From: a virus
IMG/VR virus record: IMGVR_UViG_3300036851_000321
Coordinates: 18,520 to 82,519 of that record
Reading direction: 5' to 3' (one strand)
Length of the DNA: 64,000 bases
This document shows, piece by piece, positions 63,079 through 64,000 of the stretch (position 1 is its first letter; every line of letters begins with the position of its first letter). A model generated the notes under the pieces. That model did not search any database. It was not told where the DNA came from and saw nothing but the letters and a program-made list of their open reading frames with translations. Position numbers and translations under genes: made by a program.

Positions 63079-63335
63079 TCGACCGCGAAGCCGAAACCCT
63101 GCTCCCGCCGCCAGCGAGCATACCGGACGATCTCCGCTCCACCGTGGCCGCCCTTGCGTTCGGCTGGCGCGGCATGGCCGACACGGATCGCGTGACCTAT
63201 CACGAGGCGCGGGCGCTCCGAGGTTGCGCGGACGAAGTAGATGCGGCGCTTGCGCGGCACTCGCCTACCGACCCAGCTCCACCGCCGAGTGCGAGAGAGA
63301 CGATGGAGACGATTCCGGATGGGAGGCGCGGGTGA
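63075..63335 (+). CDS. Hypothetical protein
   Basis: GTGA overlaps at both ends. Confidence 0.55.
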   Translation: MIDREAETLLPPPASIPDDLRSTVAALAFGWRGMADTDRVTYHEARALRGCADEVDAALARHSPTDPAPPPSARETMETIPDGRRG

Positions 63336-63730
63336 ACGAGTCCGACATGCGACTACTCCGCGATGCGCTCGCCTACGAGCTCCGGCCCATCAAGGACCAG
63401 CTCGAGAGGTTCTCGGGGCTCCCGCAGACCGTCACGGACCTCACCGATCAGGTCGTGAAGCTGACCTCGTTGGTCGAGCGGCTCGAGCTCCGGGACCAGG
63501 AGCACACCGCGGAATTCCTCGCCGTGGGAAAGGCGCTCCGAGAGATGAAACCGACCTTCGAGCGCGTGTCCGTCATCGGCGGAGAAACGATCCCCGAGCT
63601 CGTCGGACGCGTCGAGAGGATCGCTGATCAGCTCGACCGCAACGAAGCCACGAACAAGGCCGAGCACAAGGGAATGCTTGGCGAGATCCATCGATTGGAG
63701 AGCGATCGTGCCGCCGGAGCCAAGCCATGA
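63332..63730 (+). CDS. Coiled-coil protein
   Basis: GGAGG RBS; heptads LTDQVVKLTSLVERLE. Confidence 0.6.
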   Translation: MNESDMRLLRDALAYELRPIKDQLERFSGLPQTVTDLTDQVVKLTSLVERLELRDQEHTAEFLAVGKALREMKPTFERVSVIGGETIPELVGRVERIADQLDRNEATNKAEHKGMLGEIHRLESDRAAGAKP

Positions 63731-64000
63731 TGCCGCGCTCGTTCTGTTGGTTGACGACACCGAGAGCGCCCGTGAGGTTGCCGAGCGGCGCCTGCGTCGT
63801 GCCGGCTACCGTGTGATCTCCGTCGCGAATCGGGGGGCCGCTCTCGAGGTGCTGATTCGTCACCCGGTGGCGACGGTCATTGCGGACTTCGAGCTCGGGC
63901 GGGGGCTGCCAAGCGGGCTCGACCTGCTCGAGCAGGTGGGCAAAAGACGAAAAGAATGCGGTCGCGTGCTCTGGTGTGCGGATCCACATTGGTGCAACCT
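63708..64000 (+). CDS. Response-regulator receiver (CheY-like) protein, cut by the window end
   Basis: Hand translation: VLLVDDTESAREVAERRLRRAGYRV...VIADFELGRGLPSGLDLL; GGAGAG RBS. Confidence 0.8.
   Translation, partial: MPPEPSHDAALVLLVDDTESAREVAERRLRRAGYRVISVANRGAALEVLIRHPVATVIADFELGRGLPSGLDLLEQVGKRRKECGRVLWCADPHWCN

Larger units (their letters stand above)
1..64000. mobile_element. Temperate myovirus-like phage genome segment (unintegrated configuration, both ends outside the window)
   Basis: Continuous phage gene order from switch and integrase through replication, head, contractile tail and lysis; many ATGA/GTGA overlaps; no host housekeeping genes; attP intact. Confidence 0.95.

Overview
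The whole window is one continuous stretch of a high-GC temperate phage with a contractile tail. It appears to be the unintegrated form, because attP is intact and no host genes are visible. An ssb and a Gly-linker carbohydrate-binding lipoprotein suggest a myxobacterial (Polyangiaceae-like) host; this is inference. Gene order: leftward early genes; a CI/Cro-like switch with two palindromic operators; a rightward early operon (HNHs, DUF433, a tyrosine integrase carrying a tRNA-Thr-derived attP inside its 3' end, three DNA methyltransferases, a stand-alone tnpB, VRR-NUC); replication (iteron-bearing initiator, primase-DnaB fusion, SSB); a structured late leader; terminase, portal, capsid, neck, sheath, tube, frameshifted chaperone, tape measure, baseplate and fibres; lysis; then a lone sigma-70 region-4 protein and a response-regulator receiver cut by the window end. 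Top finding: the transposase-less tnpB (8970-10148) sits in the 3' end of a small gene. The apparent original gene end lies exactly where the omega-RNA guide should be (10180 onward), and a largely synonymously recoded copy of that end lies upstream of tnpB. This is the layout expected of an RNA-guided homing cassette that spares its own allele. All product calls come from motif reading only; no database searches were run.
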